NCBI RefSeq assembly: GCF_009914755.1
Contig: NC_060933.1
Origin: the human T2T-CHM13v2.0 reference genome, Homo sapiens
Strand: one strand, 5' to 3'
DNA: 64,000 nucleotides
The notes beneath the pieces were generated by a model. That model ran no database searches. It had not been told where the DNA came from and saw only the letters and a program-made list of their open reading frames with translations. The position numbers were made by a program, and so were the translations under genes. Below, piece by piece: positions 44,290 through 57,108 of this stretch; the stretch's first letter is position 1; every line of letters starts with the position of its first letter.

Positions 44290-44800
44290 AGAATGTTTTC
44301 TCACATTTCCACCCTCCATTTCTTGGCAAACAATTTCTACTTTTTGTCTCTATGTGTCTGTCTCTTCTGAACATTTCATTTAAATGGAATCATACACTAT
44401 GGGGCCTTTTGTATTTGGCTTCTATCACTTCACATAATGTTTTCACATTTCATCCATGTTTTAACCTGTAGCGTACTTCATTCCTTTTGATGGCTGAGTG
44501 ATATTTCATTGTGTGGGTAAACATTGTGTTTATCTGTTCATCTGTTAGACCTTTGGGCTGTCCTTATTTTTTTTTTTTTTTTGGCTATTGCGAATAACGT
44601 TGTTACAAGTTTTCATGTACTTTTTTTTTTTTTTTTTTTTTTTGTGGACACATGTTTTCAATTCCCTTGTGTATGCACCTAGGAGTAAAGTTCTGGGTAA
44701 TATGGTAACTCTATATTTAACTTTTTAAGGAACTGCCAGGCTGTTTTCAAAGCTTCTTCACCAGCCATGTAGAAGGGTTTCAATTTCCCCTCATCCTCAT
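44290..44800 (-). mobile_element. L1MB-like fragment with two expanded poly(T) tracts
   Basis: AAATGGAATCATACACTATG...GGCTGAGTGATATTTCATTG...GGTAACTCTATATTTAACTTTTTAAGGAACTGCCAG. Confidence 0.8.
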
Positions 44801-46049
44801 AAAGGAGGTTTTTTTGTTTGCAAAACATAAAAAGAAAACATCTGTGAAAACAAAGCATAGTTACCATGTCATACATCTCATAGGTCACTGGGAAAACACT
44901 GTCCTACATCGATGACACTGGGCTCTGCTGGTTCTTTCTCAAGCAGCACTGTTTTGCCTGCACTCTGCAGCCCCACATGTGACAATAATTTCCAACCGAG
45001 TATCAGAACTTGCTTTTTCTCGTTGATCTTTTAGCCTGGTTTGTGGGAGGAGGCTGGGATGATTTCATACCTGCAATAAGTCCAACTTTCATATCCAGGC
45101 CTGGCTCACTGGGACCTGAGAAATTTGGCAGCCTTCCTGTCCTTCACACCGCCATGTCCTGGGGCTGAACTGATTGGCTACTGTTATTCTCCTTTCACTT
45201 AAATAATATACCTCTTGAAGCTAGCACATAGCTCAAGCCCAGACCAGGTACTGAGAAAAATTTGAGTCTTGAGAGAGTAAGAAACCTTCTAACCTGCACC
45301 CAGATCTTTCTCTAGGCAACTTGCCAATGGCTGTGTCACCTCTGACAATGGGTAAGTGTGGGAAGTGAAGGGAGAGAAACATGTTGTGGGCTGGTCAGAA
45401 TATTTGTGAGCCCAGAGATTGTATTTTTTGGGTGCTTCTTCCAGGCCTTAAGCAGTGAGTGACATGAGTAACGGGCATGTCAGGCCTCTCACACCCACCT
45501 AGTGGATCTTTTCAGTTCTGAACGTGTTTCAGCCAGCCTGTGGGGGATAGTAATCGGGTTTGCTGTTTGAAGGCTGGGCTTTGGTGTGGTTTCACACCAG
45601 GCCTCTCCACTGTGTCTTTTTAAAGTTTCATCACTCCCAATCAGCTGTTATTTCACTGCCTGTGGTTTTTCTGTCTCACAGTCTATAAGAAGATTAATAG
45701 TGCTACGACTAATGGGATCATGATTTTAACAGGCGATTGCAACCAGCTTCAGGTAGGCACCGACAGAATTCTCTTGCAGCCTGAGGGGTGCATAGGACTT
45801 TGGAAAACAGATACTGGACTTCTCAGAATGGGAGTTCAGTTTCTTCCTGAGATGAGGATAACAAGGGTAGCTGGTTCCCCTGCGTAGGTCCTCTTAGCAC
45901 AACAATAACCAGTTCTGGCAGATCTGGTCCCCTCCTGCCTTTAGAGTTGGTGTCTTTTGAGCTGAAGAAATGAAAGAATTTGTTGAGCAGGTGCTTTTTG
46001 TGTATAAAAAGCAAAGGACAGCCGTTTGCACATTGGTCTTTTTAGTCAC

Positions 46050-46416
46050 TGCTATGGCCTGAACATATCCCCCAAAACTCATCTGTTGCAACTTGATTGG
46101 CAATGTGATAGTATTAAGAGGTGGGACTTCTAGCAGGTGATTAGGTCATGCAGGTGGCACCCCCATGGGTGGAAGTAGAGCCCTCAAGAGAGTGAGCTCT
46201 CCCCTTCCATCTCCCTTTACTCTGTCGCCTTTGGGCATGTGAGGACACAATGTTTATCCCTTCTACCACATGTGGGCAAGAAAGTCCTCACCAGACACTG
46301 AAAGCCAGTGCCTTGATCTTGGACTTCCCAGCCTTCATATCTGGGAGAAATAAATTTCTATTATTTATAAATTACCCAGTCTGTGATATTTTTCTATAGC
46401 AGGACAGACTAAGGCA
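46050..46416 (+). mobile_element. MST-family solo LTR
   Basis: TGCTATGG...TAAATTACCCAGTCTGTG...GACTAAGGCA; TSD GTCAC/GCCAC. Confidence 0.85.
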
Positions 46417-47084
46417 GCCACACACATTCTTAATTATTTTATGATTCTCATACACACCAGCCCCTTTGCAGATGAGTCTGATGGACACATATAGTGACCC
46501 CTGTATATGTCCCCATCTCTAGGTGGCATAATCCTTCAAACCCAGAGACTGTTCCCTCTCCCTCTGGAGTCCTGTCCTGACATCCCCTCTGTTGGACTCT
46601 GCTGCTATTATCTGTGGAGCCCCTTTAGGCACTTGGAGCTGCTGTTTGGGGCCATAAGTTCTCTCATGGTGCATGTTCAGCCTCCTCAGCTAACTTATAA
46701 AGGAAGGAAAGAATGTGATATGTGTTGGATATAAGCCTGTGTATCAGATCTCATTTGATCTTGAGGAATGGGTACCATAATCCCCATTTTAGAGATGAGG
46801 AGCCTGAGGATTCAGATGGCTTAGGTCATTTGCCAAAGCCACACAGCTTACGGCCAAGCTTGGCTTCAAACCCTAGATTGAGTAATTCCAAATCTCATGC
46901 TTGCTCTACTAAACTGCACTTGGGGATAAACACTTCAGAACTGATCTCTTATATGTCTTAGTTTGCTCACATCATAGCACAGTATTTTGCTCTGTTAAAC
47001 ACTTGAGGTTTGAGCTGCTGATGAAGGTTCTCTGACAGATATATGGACATATCCTTGGCTACTAGAAGCCATGCATAATATATC

Positions 47085-47100
47085 AGGTCATGTCAGGTCA
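47085..47100 (+). promoter_or_regulatory. perfect DR4 nuclear-receptor element
   Basis: AGGTCA-TGTC-AGGTCA; motif match only, occupancy unknown. Confidence 0.45.
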
Positions 47101-48537
47101 ACATGAGATCAGTACAACAAGATCATAAAAAAAGACATAATTTTAAAGCCTAAACTAGCTTGTCATGAACACATCTTTCCATTTCCAACTAGATTCTAAC
47201 CAAACCATATTAGGTTACATTAAGCCCTGTATATACGGGGAAACCCATTTTCCCCTAAGCCAATTAACTGGGTCTTCTTTCCCAATTATTGCTGTAATCA
47301 AGCTAATGTGTTATTAAGAAGACTGAAATAATTGTTTATGATCTGGTTTCTTTGCCCAATGAATAATTGAATTGAATGGCCATTAAAGAAAATCTAATCG
47401 ATGGCTATGCACTGAGTCAGTCCACAAATCGCCAGTGTAGTGGAACATGAAGTTATATGCACTGAATTTTAGGGCTAAGCGGAGAGTTGTGATGTCATCT
47501 ACTTCGGTCTTGCACATAAGATCAATCCAAATGCTAACTCTCTCTGCTTTTCTTTATACTTTCCAAAATGCTCTATCCTTGGTGACTCTTTTCCTTCCCT
47601 AGAATGCCCCACGCTCCCTCCCAACTTCGTACGTGCTGGTCCCAATTATCTCTTACTTAGCCTTTGGATCTACACTCAATTTTAATTTCTAGAGAGAAAG
47701 CTTACCTGAAGCCCCTAATAAGTATAGCATCTTTAATAAAATGCCCTACGTACCCACTGTCACAGTTATAATTATTTTGTGTCTAACTAACATCTGCCTC
47801 CTCTAATTTAAATACCATAAGGGCAAGAATCTTGGAGTTGGGGGGTTTGCTTCTGTTTTGTTTTTCATTGTATCTTTAGCACCTACCAGAATACAGATGC
47901 CTACTGGATGCTCAGTAAATATGCGTGTATTGAATAATTATACAGCGGTATGAATAAATGAAGGGGGGAAAGAAATAACATTTATTGGCAGCCTGCTGTG
48001 TGTTAAATATTTTATAACAATATTATGAGAAAGGCATTCCCCCAGCCACCTCTTTTTTCAGAAGAGGAAACCAATTTTAAAAGACTGATTTCTTTATGGT
48101 GAAAACTTGAACTCAGACCTATCATAACATAAATCTGTAAGAGTATAAATCCACTGCTTTTTCCACTAAAGCCTTCCATTGTGTTGTTGTTGTTTTAGTA
48201 GAAGTGCATCATGAATTTTACTTCATGGAGCTGAACTCAGGTTGGTGAGTTGCCTCTAGGGCATCTTCTAGACTCCACTTAGTGCAACTTCAGATTCCTC
48301 TTCAGTAACCATCGCATTGTTGAAGCACTGTTGCTACCTGGAGTGCTGGCCTAGTTCTGCCAGCAATCCCACCTGCTGCTGCTATTCCTCATCATCTGTC
48401 CTAAAGGTAACCTGGAAGCAAAAGAACGGTCTTCGGATTTAGCTAATTACATTCATGCGCTGCCATGGATGGAAGTAGAGCCCTTGTAAAAGGGCTGGAT
48501 ACAGCAACATGCTTCTTGGTGTAAAATGAAAACAAGG

Positions 48538-48821
48538 GGCCAGGCGCAGTGGCTCATGCCTGTAATCGCAGCACTTTGGGAGGTCAAGGAGGGTGGATCA
48601 CCTCAGGTCAGAAGTTCAAGACCAGCCTGGCCAATATGGTGAAATGCCATCTCTACTATAAATACAAAAATTAGCAGGGCGCAGTGATGTGCGCCTGTAA
48701 TCCCAGCTACTCGGGAGGCTGGGGCAGGGAATTGCTTGAACCCGGGAGGCGGAGGTTGCAGTGAGCCGAAATCACGCCACTGCCCTGCAGTCCGGGCAAC
48801 ACAGCGAGACACCATCTCAAA

Positions 48822-48854
<33 letters not shown>

Positions 48855-48865
48855 TAATAAATAGA
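48538..48865 (+). mobile_element. AluS with (AAT)n tail
   Basis: Full dimer; TSD-like GAAAACAAGG on both sides. Confidence 0.92.
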
Positions 48866-49501
48866 AGAAAAAGAAAACAAGGACAGAAAATGTAAAAATT
48901 TTTTGAGAGGCCATTACAAGAAGTACTTTAGAAAGAAAGAAAAACCCCAGAGAATATATGTATGAATGAAGTTTACCTTCTAAGTAGGGAATATGTTAAT
49001 GGAAGTGCTACTGCTACTTAAGAAACACTAAGAATGGAACCCAGAGTCTTCTAGCCACCCCCAGGGATCGGGGGGCCTTGGGCAGATCGATTACACATTC
49101 TGTGGGTGCTCAAAGCAAACCAAACTCCTCTGAGGGAAGCATCTTCCAGGGGTCAGTGCTAGTTTTGTCTGTAGTTGGCAAGAACCACAAGTGACTTTTA
49201 TGTAAACTGTCATTTTTAATAACAACTTGCAAAGTATTGAGAAATTTGTACAACAAATGGATTGACTGTCTTTCTGTGCATCTTTCCAGCTGTTAGACTA
49301 TTGACACAGGGCTGAATTAATGATGGGATTTCTTCTCTTGGCTGTAGGCAATCTCTAGGATTCTAGGATTTACCTGAGGAACCTATATTTACCATGGATA
49401 TTTTCCTCTTTAGTTCATGGTCTGCTTGTGTGAAAGATTGGCTCCTAAGTAAATTAGTTAGCTTTGGAAGGTCCTGGATCATCTTTCACTTGACCCCTAG
49501 C

Positions 49502-49650
49502 TAGGTTTGTCTGATTACACAAATAAAAATATGAGACACTCAGGTAGATTTGAATTATTTTGAATTGCTTATGCATTGCAGATTGAAATTTTAAAAAGTA
49601 TTAGAAATGGTATATTGTACTAAAAATTACCTGATGTTTATCTGAAATAG
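49502..49650. mobile_element. MER53-like hAT MITE or element terminus
   Basis: TAGGTTTGTCTGATT...AAATAAAAATATGAGACACTCAGGTAGATTTGAATT...GTTTATCTGAAAT. Confidence 0.55.
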
Positions 49651-49689
49651 CTGATAAAAATCTAAATGACATGCCTCTTAAAAATTGCA

Positions 49690-51235
49690 TTTCCTTGATG
49701 ATTTGGCTGTCCCCAGCAGCTGCTTGTTTTGCAGAATTTGCTAACAAAATTTCTTGCAATTATAGTCTGTGTTCCCATTACATTGTAATGTAGCTTCAAC
49801 AGTGGTCACATCCAACTTATATTGTTCTTTTGTTCATTGAATATTCATTAATGAGAAGCCACTCTCAGTACTAACATTATGAGCTGATATACTGAACACA
49901 TACTGGCATAAAGTTAACAAATCTAAAAATTGCTCTTTAAATTTTATTTGTTGCCACACAAAATGCCATCTTTCATGGCATAACTTGCTTTTCCATTCTT
50001 CAGCATTAAAATAAATCTCTTGATCAACAATTTTTAAATTCTGAAACATAAAAAAAGAAAGCATGGTCATCAATTTTAAATCCTTTCTTCTTCAACCCTA
50101 CACATGCTGAAAGAGTATTTAGTAGCATCCCTATAAAACAATTAAATTCTTCAAGGGATAAAATCCATTTATAAAAAATAGTCAAGTGATGTAATAATTA
50201 TCCTCTTCAGTTTGGTATTTATTTTCCCATTCATAGTAAATTTGTCCTTTGAAGAACAGCCATGACACTTAAAGGGATAAATTTTCTATCATTTCTTTCT
50301 CTAACACATGCCACAGCTTTCTTCAAGGGATAGTCTTCAATAATACTGTTGGGTTTTGTTTCAATTTGCATAATCATATTGCTGAAGAGATTGAAAACTG
50401 TGAGTGATAAAAAATAAAAAATGAAGTAGGTTTTCATTCATTACATTACTTAAAATTTGGAGGCCTTTCTGTTAGAATTAAAATTTAACTTCAGTGTTTC
50501 AAACGAACTAAGGAGTCTCTCAACTGCATTTGTTAAAGAGATCCAATGGGCTTTGGAATGCAAGAGAACTGAAGAATACCAAATACCAATTACAAAAATC
50601 CTTTAATTGCACAAACAATATAAATGCCAAAGTACAAGAATTTCATGACAATTACTTCGGTGTCAATAGAAAGGACATCAGATGCTGTGTGAGCAGCTTT
50701 ATGCAGAATATGAACAGGACAGCCAACACTTTCCATAGAATCATTCATGCTTTGCTTCAACATTTAATAAGTACTGTCTATATCCATAAAGGTACATAAG
50801 CAAATTCACAAAATTTGTATTTGTATTGCTTTCCCCAAAAGCAGTAAAATTTTTCTCATTAAGTCCTAACTCAACCAGAGTCTCTGCAAAAATATGCTGT
50901 TATTTTTGAGTTCTCATCTGGAAGGGCTTTTATTCACAGTAGCCTTATAAGCAAGCTTTTTTAAAGTAACAAAAAAATTGCACAATCAAAGTGATATTTT
51001 TTTCTGTATCATGATTACTTGGATCAGTGGCTACACCTTAAAAAAGATCTTTGATAATCTGGGTAATAATAAATGGAGCTAGTATATTTTTGTTACTGCG
51101 GTTGATTTCATCTCAGCACTTGAAAATTTGCTTGCAATTTTGGAATCTGGAAATACTCTGGTAGCAGTACATTCAAACACTTTTGTGAGCAGAAGACTAA
51201 CGATAATATAGAGTGTGGAAGGAGCTACTTACTAC
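49690..51235 (-). mobile_element. fossil hAT transposase (Blackjack-like), disabled
   Basis: Minus-strand motifs in correct order: FPDSKIASKFSS, GVATDPSNHDTEK (51037 downward), AFGESNTNTNF, GCPVHILH (CxxH, ~50724-50701), HSKAHWISL, and C-terminal YVFSISAHNVSTESGFSLMNIQ (ORF 49834-50073); many stops and frameshifts. Confidence 0.85.
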
Positions 51236-51244
51236 AAGGCCATC

Positions 51245-51585
51245 TCTAACTTGCCTCCGTATCTTCTTAAAAGGCTGTCAGGAGACAGTTCGTTATTGCC
51301 TCCTGGAGCCTGACAAGGCAGGAGGCTCTCTGTCACACTCCCACTTAGGGTGCAGCTGCAGGCTATAAAACTGCTTGCTTCAGCATGGCAAGGGCTCTTC
51401 AGCAACAGGATGTTCCACCACTCACGTTGCAGTCATCCTGCCCCTTTTGTTCTGGTGCTATCCTGTGGAACAAAGGACCCAAAGGGCTGGTACTCTTGCT
51501 TTTGCTGTCTATGTGAGTAATAAACTGTTTAAATCAAATAAGAGCCCATTGTTTCTTTCCCAGCCAAATCTGTCAGTCATGCTTG
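51245..51585 (+). mobile_element. ERVL LTR (LTR40/41-like)
   Basis: GGCTATAAAA TATA-like box and CTTGCTTTTGCTGTCTATGTGAGTAATAAACTG poly(A) region. Confidence 0.55.
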
Positions 51586-51739
51586 ATAACCCCCATGCTA
51601 AGTCTCTTTCTAGCACAGAGCACACATCTGATCCACAGGAAACATTCAGGTGTATCTTTGCCTGGACAAACTCAGAGGGCTGATTCCAATACAGCAAGTA
51701 ACAACTCTCCTTTTCTCTGCCATCAAAGCAGTTAGCCAA

Positions 51740-52108
51740 CAATATCCATCAGCTATGACCACAATTATGCTGCATAATAAGACCCCCAAGTCTCTGTGGA
51801 CTAAAATAATAATAGATTATTCTCATACCTGTGGGCTGGTTGGAACGGCAGATCTACTCTGAGAGTCTGTTATTCTCTTTGGACAGTGTGTCCAGCTAGG
51901 CATGTTCTTCCGTGAAAATGGCAGAGGCACAAACTCAGATGTCATACTCACCGCATAAGCACATTCCAAGCCCCTGCTTGAATCACATCTACTACCATCC
52001 CACTGGCAAATCAAGTCACATGGTAGGGTAATAAGTCAAGGGCATCTCTACTCCCATAGAGATGGAGAGGGAAGGACTGATTATTTTTTAATAATCTAAT
52101 TTTTTACA
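51740..52108 (-). mobile_element. MLT1 (I/J-like) LTR
   Basis: ATCAGCTATG...ATGCTGCATAATAA...CCCACTGGCAAATCAAGTCACATGG. Confidence 0.6.
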
Positions 52109-52708
52109 TCCAAGAACCACTGTGTCCCCTCAATTCAGAGGACATAAGCTCTCCAAGGAACATTTCTGCCCCTCCTTTTGGGAAAGGGATGGTGAGTGGG
52201 ACTCACGGCACAGCTCTCTTCAAAGAATTCCTTGTCATAAGTGCTCCTTTCATTTCTACCTATCTAGACTCTTTTATATTCCTGATAAAGGTTAGGGGAG
52301 TAATTGACTTTTAATTCTCTTCTCTAAAAGAAAGGCGATCTGCTTTGCAACTCAATTAAATATCTAATATCTCTTGCATAAGGGTCTCTGCCAAATCCTT
52401 CATTTTGACATCTTTTTACATAACCAAAACCTGGAAATGCACACAGCAATGACCAACTTTGGGGCTTTAAAAAGAAATTTTAATTTTAGTGAAACAAGGA
52501 ATTTACCATCCTTCCTCATAATCTCTTGTTAGTTAGGTTTTGAAAAAACAAGAAATTGCATATGTAGGAATCCTAGAAAAAGTCTTAGAGAGAATGAATT
52601 TCCAGTGACAAAGCCCTCCCAGTTTTTTTGTTTGTTTCTGTTTTGTTTTTTGTATTTTTCTTTACCAGTGAGAGCTCATGACTCCTCTCTGTTCAGGCAC
52701 CCAGAGCC

Positions 52709-52893
52709 CAGAACTGCTGCTGCAAGGCAATTATGAAAAACAGATTAACTTTTACTTGGTTTTCTTATTGATGTTAAATTCTCTACAGACAATACATTGC
52801 TTTATTGCCAGCATCCAGGGCAGATTGCTCTCACTGTCCTGCCTTTGATAAGTCATTGTCTGACCTGCCCGTATAGATCTCAGCCCACAGTGG
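52709..52893. repeat. inverted repeat IR2, left arm
   Basis: 185 bp; reverse complement of 53726-53910 with 15 substitutions and no indel (manual count). Confidence 0.96.
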
Positions 52894-53725
52894 TCTTGTT
52901 GTGCTGCAGGTATACAGTACAACTGAAAGATATTCCACCATACTTTCTACTCAAAAGTTAACTTCTAATGCTTCTTGTACATGTTTGAACAAAACTTTTC
53001 CTCCTCCTCCCTCTAGTTCTTTCTCAAACTGAGAAAAAAAATGTGTAGCAGTGAGTAGAGGAGGCTTTAACAAGGGCACAAATGAAAAGGGAAGAAGAGG
53101 TAGAAATAATTGCCACACAAGAAATATCAGTGTCTCTATCAACCAGACTTTGGAACACTGAGAATTATAGTGGAAATAAGCCACATACTGTAAAAATTGG
53201 AATGCAGCTTGAGCCATAACCTTCTACTGCTGATTGGTGCATTTTGATGGGTGATAAAGATGTTAACTCATTAATGACAGACCCACATAGATGGTAAATT
53301 TGATTAAAATAATATTTCAAGGAACTGGACTTTATAGACATTTAAGGAAGAAAGAATAAGAATACTAGGTTAATGGCTTAAGGGGTTATCTTTTATAGTG
53401 CACAAAACTATTTGCATCTCTGGACAAAAACCTACAAGTTAACCTACAACTTCACGGAGTTGGAGTCTTTAATTAATAATAAATAGCTGAGCCATAGACA
53501 ATACACTCCCATAGACAGTTAAGTAATCCTTGGGTGGGCTTGTTAAATCGCACCCCAGCTTGTCTTTGAGAGGCTGTGTTGCATTCTCTTGGCCTTTATG
53601 CAAGTTTTGAATAATTTTTTCTTAACAAGCATATCTGGGCATGTTTGCTCATTTGTGGATGAGCTTGGTGAAATTCTATTTGCATAGGGATTGAGGAGCC
53701 TTCTGGGAAATAATGTATGCTGTTC

Positions 53726-53910
53726 CCACTGCAGGCTGAGATCTATAGGGGTAGGTCAGACAATGGCTTATCAAGGTCAGGGCAGTGAGAGCAATCTGCC
53801 CTCGATGCTGGCAATAAAGCAATGTATTTTCTGTAGAGAATTTAACACCAATAATAAAACCAAGTAAAAGTTAGTCTGCTTTTCATAATTGCCTTGCACC
53901 AGCAGTTCTG
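53726..53910. repeat. inverted repeat IR2, right arm
   Basis: CCACTGCAGGCTGAGATCTATAG...GCCTTGCACCAGCAGTTCTG is the reverse complement of 52709-52893. Confidence 0.96.
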
Positions 53911-54135
53911 AACAACATGAGTGATACAAATCTTCATCCCTTCTAGGGCAGACCACTCCCATCTAATTCCACATTGGAGGAGATGTCTGAGAACCAAAGG
54001 GAAGGTGACACAGAGGCCTACTGGCAGTGGGCTAGAAGAAATATAATACCCTCAGGAAAGATGAGTTAGGTTAACCCAGAAACAATGCTTTGCCTCTCTG
54101 TAATCAGATCAGGCAAGGGATTCTGGGTACATCGG

Positions 54136-54592
54136 TGTTAGGGGTCAAATCGTGTCCCCCACAAAATTAATAAGTTGAAGTTCTAACTCCAGAACCTCAG
54201 AGCATCACCTTATTTGGAATTGAGTTGTTTCAGATGTAATTTATCAAGATGAGGTCATTAGAGTGGTCCCATCCCCATTGTGACAGGCGTTCTTATAAAA
54301 ACGGGGAAATTTGAGCATAGAGACACATACAGGAAGAATAGCATGTGAAGATGAAGGCAGAGATCAGGGAGATGCTTCAAGAAGTCAAGCAACACCAAAG
54401 ATTGCCAGCAAACCATCGGGAGACAGGGGAGAGGCGTGGAGCAGGTTCCCTTTGCAGCTCTCAGAAGGAGTCAAGGCTGCAAACACCTTGATCTTGGACT
54501 TCTCCCCTCCAGAACTTTGAGACAATAAATTTCTGTTGTTTAAGTCACTCAGTTTTGGCACTTTGTTATGAGAGCACTATTAAATGAATCCA
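54136..54592 (+). mobile_element. MLT1B/C solo LTR
   Basis: TGTTAGGGGTCAAATCGTGTCCCC...CCTTATTTGGAA...GACAATAAATTTCTGTTGTTTAAG. Confidence 0.85.
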
Positions 54593-54710
54593 TCAGCTTT
54601 AAGGTCTGTTGTAGCAATAGCCACACTGACAGTCATTGTCTAAGCACAGGGAACCACAGCTGGTAAGACTACAGCAGCTGGGCACAAGAGCTAGGGCATA
54701 TTTCACTTAA

Positions 54711-55010
<300 letters not shown>

Positions 55011-56129
55011 ATTTCACTTAATTTTAAAAGCTCTTTATAGCCTGATAAGCCATTTCACATAGAGTAAGTCATTTGATCCTTAGAACACCCTTGTATGGTA
55101 AGTTGGCCAACTATTGTTCCCATTTTCAAAGGAAAAAATCTGAGTTTCAGAAAGATTAAACAATTTTCTCAAGAACAAAGAGTCTGTAAGAAACAAAGGC
55201 AGGATTTGAACCCAGACGATTTGATTCTAGGGCCAATTTTCTGTCTATTACATGGTTCTTGGAAATGCATCCTGTTGTCTTCACCTCTCATTGCATGATG
55301 ACTGAGTCATTTCCTAGGCCTTCAGGGTCTAAAATAGAATTGTGACGACTTAAATATTCTTTTCCTATCTCATTAGAAAGCAAGTGTATTTATCTTCAAA
55401 GCCTGGGCAGATTTATGTTAACTGAACAGACAAGGCATTTGGAATGACCTCCACACGATTCAGGTACCAGTTAAAACTGATTTGGCCAGTTCGTGTACCC
55501 CACACCTGATGTGCCAGCACAGAAGACTCTTAAGAGGAAAACATAGCAGCAAACACCAGGTGAGTTTATGGGTACTTATTATTAGTCACGAGGCTACTAG
55601 GTTGAAGAAGCTTAATAGATATTGCCTCCACTGCACAAATAGTCCTCCTTGCCATCAGAAATCAGTCATGTGGTTTTCTTGTTCTATCATTTCTCATTAA
55701 TTAGGATCTGTCCTAAGTGATGTCAGAGAAGGAATATATTTGTGTAAACTGCACTGATGGAACAAATCTTTCTGGAAAATTTGGGGCATGAACTTGGAGT
55801 TGAAGATTAATATAATTAAGAAATATCATCAGTATATTCCAGGTGGGAAGAATTAAAAAAACAAGTGCAGGTAAGTAGATTGTAATATATAGTTAGGGTA
55901 TGACATCATACACTGTTATCCTTGTAACTCTTAGAATTTCATCTATCCATTCGTTTATTCATTCTTCAAGAATTTATTGAGTACCCATTAGGTGTCAGGC
56001 ACTGTTCTCTGCACTGGGACTCAATGGTGAACAATGCCTTCAAAAAACAAACATAAAAGCTTTCATTTATTGAGCTCTGTCCCAGTGTCTGACCCTACTC
56101 TAAGGCCATTACAGATATGAGCTCATTAA

Positions 56130-56757
<628 letters not shown>

Positions 56758-56993
56758 GATATCATTTAATTTCTTATAACAACACTTAGAGGTAAGAATT
56801 ATTATCTTCACTTTATAGATAAAGAAAGTGAAGCTACAAGTTTAAATGACTTGCTTAAGTTTCTGAAACTAGGAAGGAAGAATAAGGATTCAGCAAGGTC
56901 TGCCTGATTTCAAAGCCTTGGTCCCTAAACACAAAACTTGCCCTCTCTCCAGATGTCTTACAGGTCAAGTTTCATCTCAAAAGAATCTAAAGC

Positions 56994-57108
56994 TTGTAGT
57001 CCCAGCTACTCAGGAGGCTGAGGTGAAAGGATCACATAAGCCTAGAAGTTCAAGTCCAGCAACATAGCAAAACCCTATGTCTTAAAAAAAAAAAAACAAA
57101 AAAACAAA
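56994..57108 (+). mobile_element. FLAM/Alu monomer fragment
   Basis: TGTAGTCCCAGCTACTCAGGAGGCTGAGG...A tail; TSD CTAAAGCT. Confidence 0.8.

Noticed and set aside
45492-45505. CTCF-like CACCCACCTAGTGG
   Set aside because: Partial match with a mismatch in the core; not supportable without data.
52886-52925. CACAGTG (RAG heptamer) at the inner end of the IR2 left arm
   Set aside because: No nonamer at 12 or 23 bp, and the mirror arm lacks the heptamer.
52709-53910. IR1/IR2 as TIRs of a new DNA transposon
   Set aside because: No TSD, no recognisable termini, no transposase in the spacers, and the two sets of arms are unrelated; only a multi-copy BLAT result would revive this.
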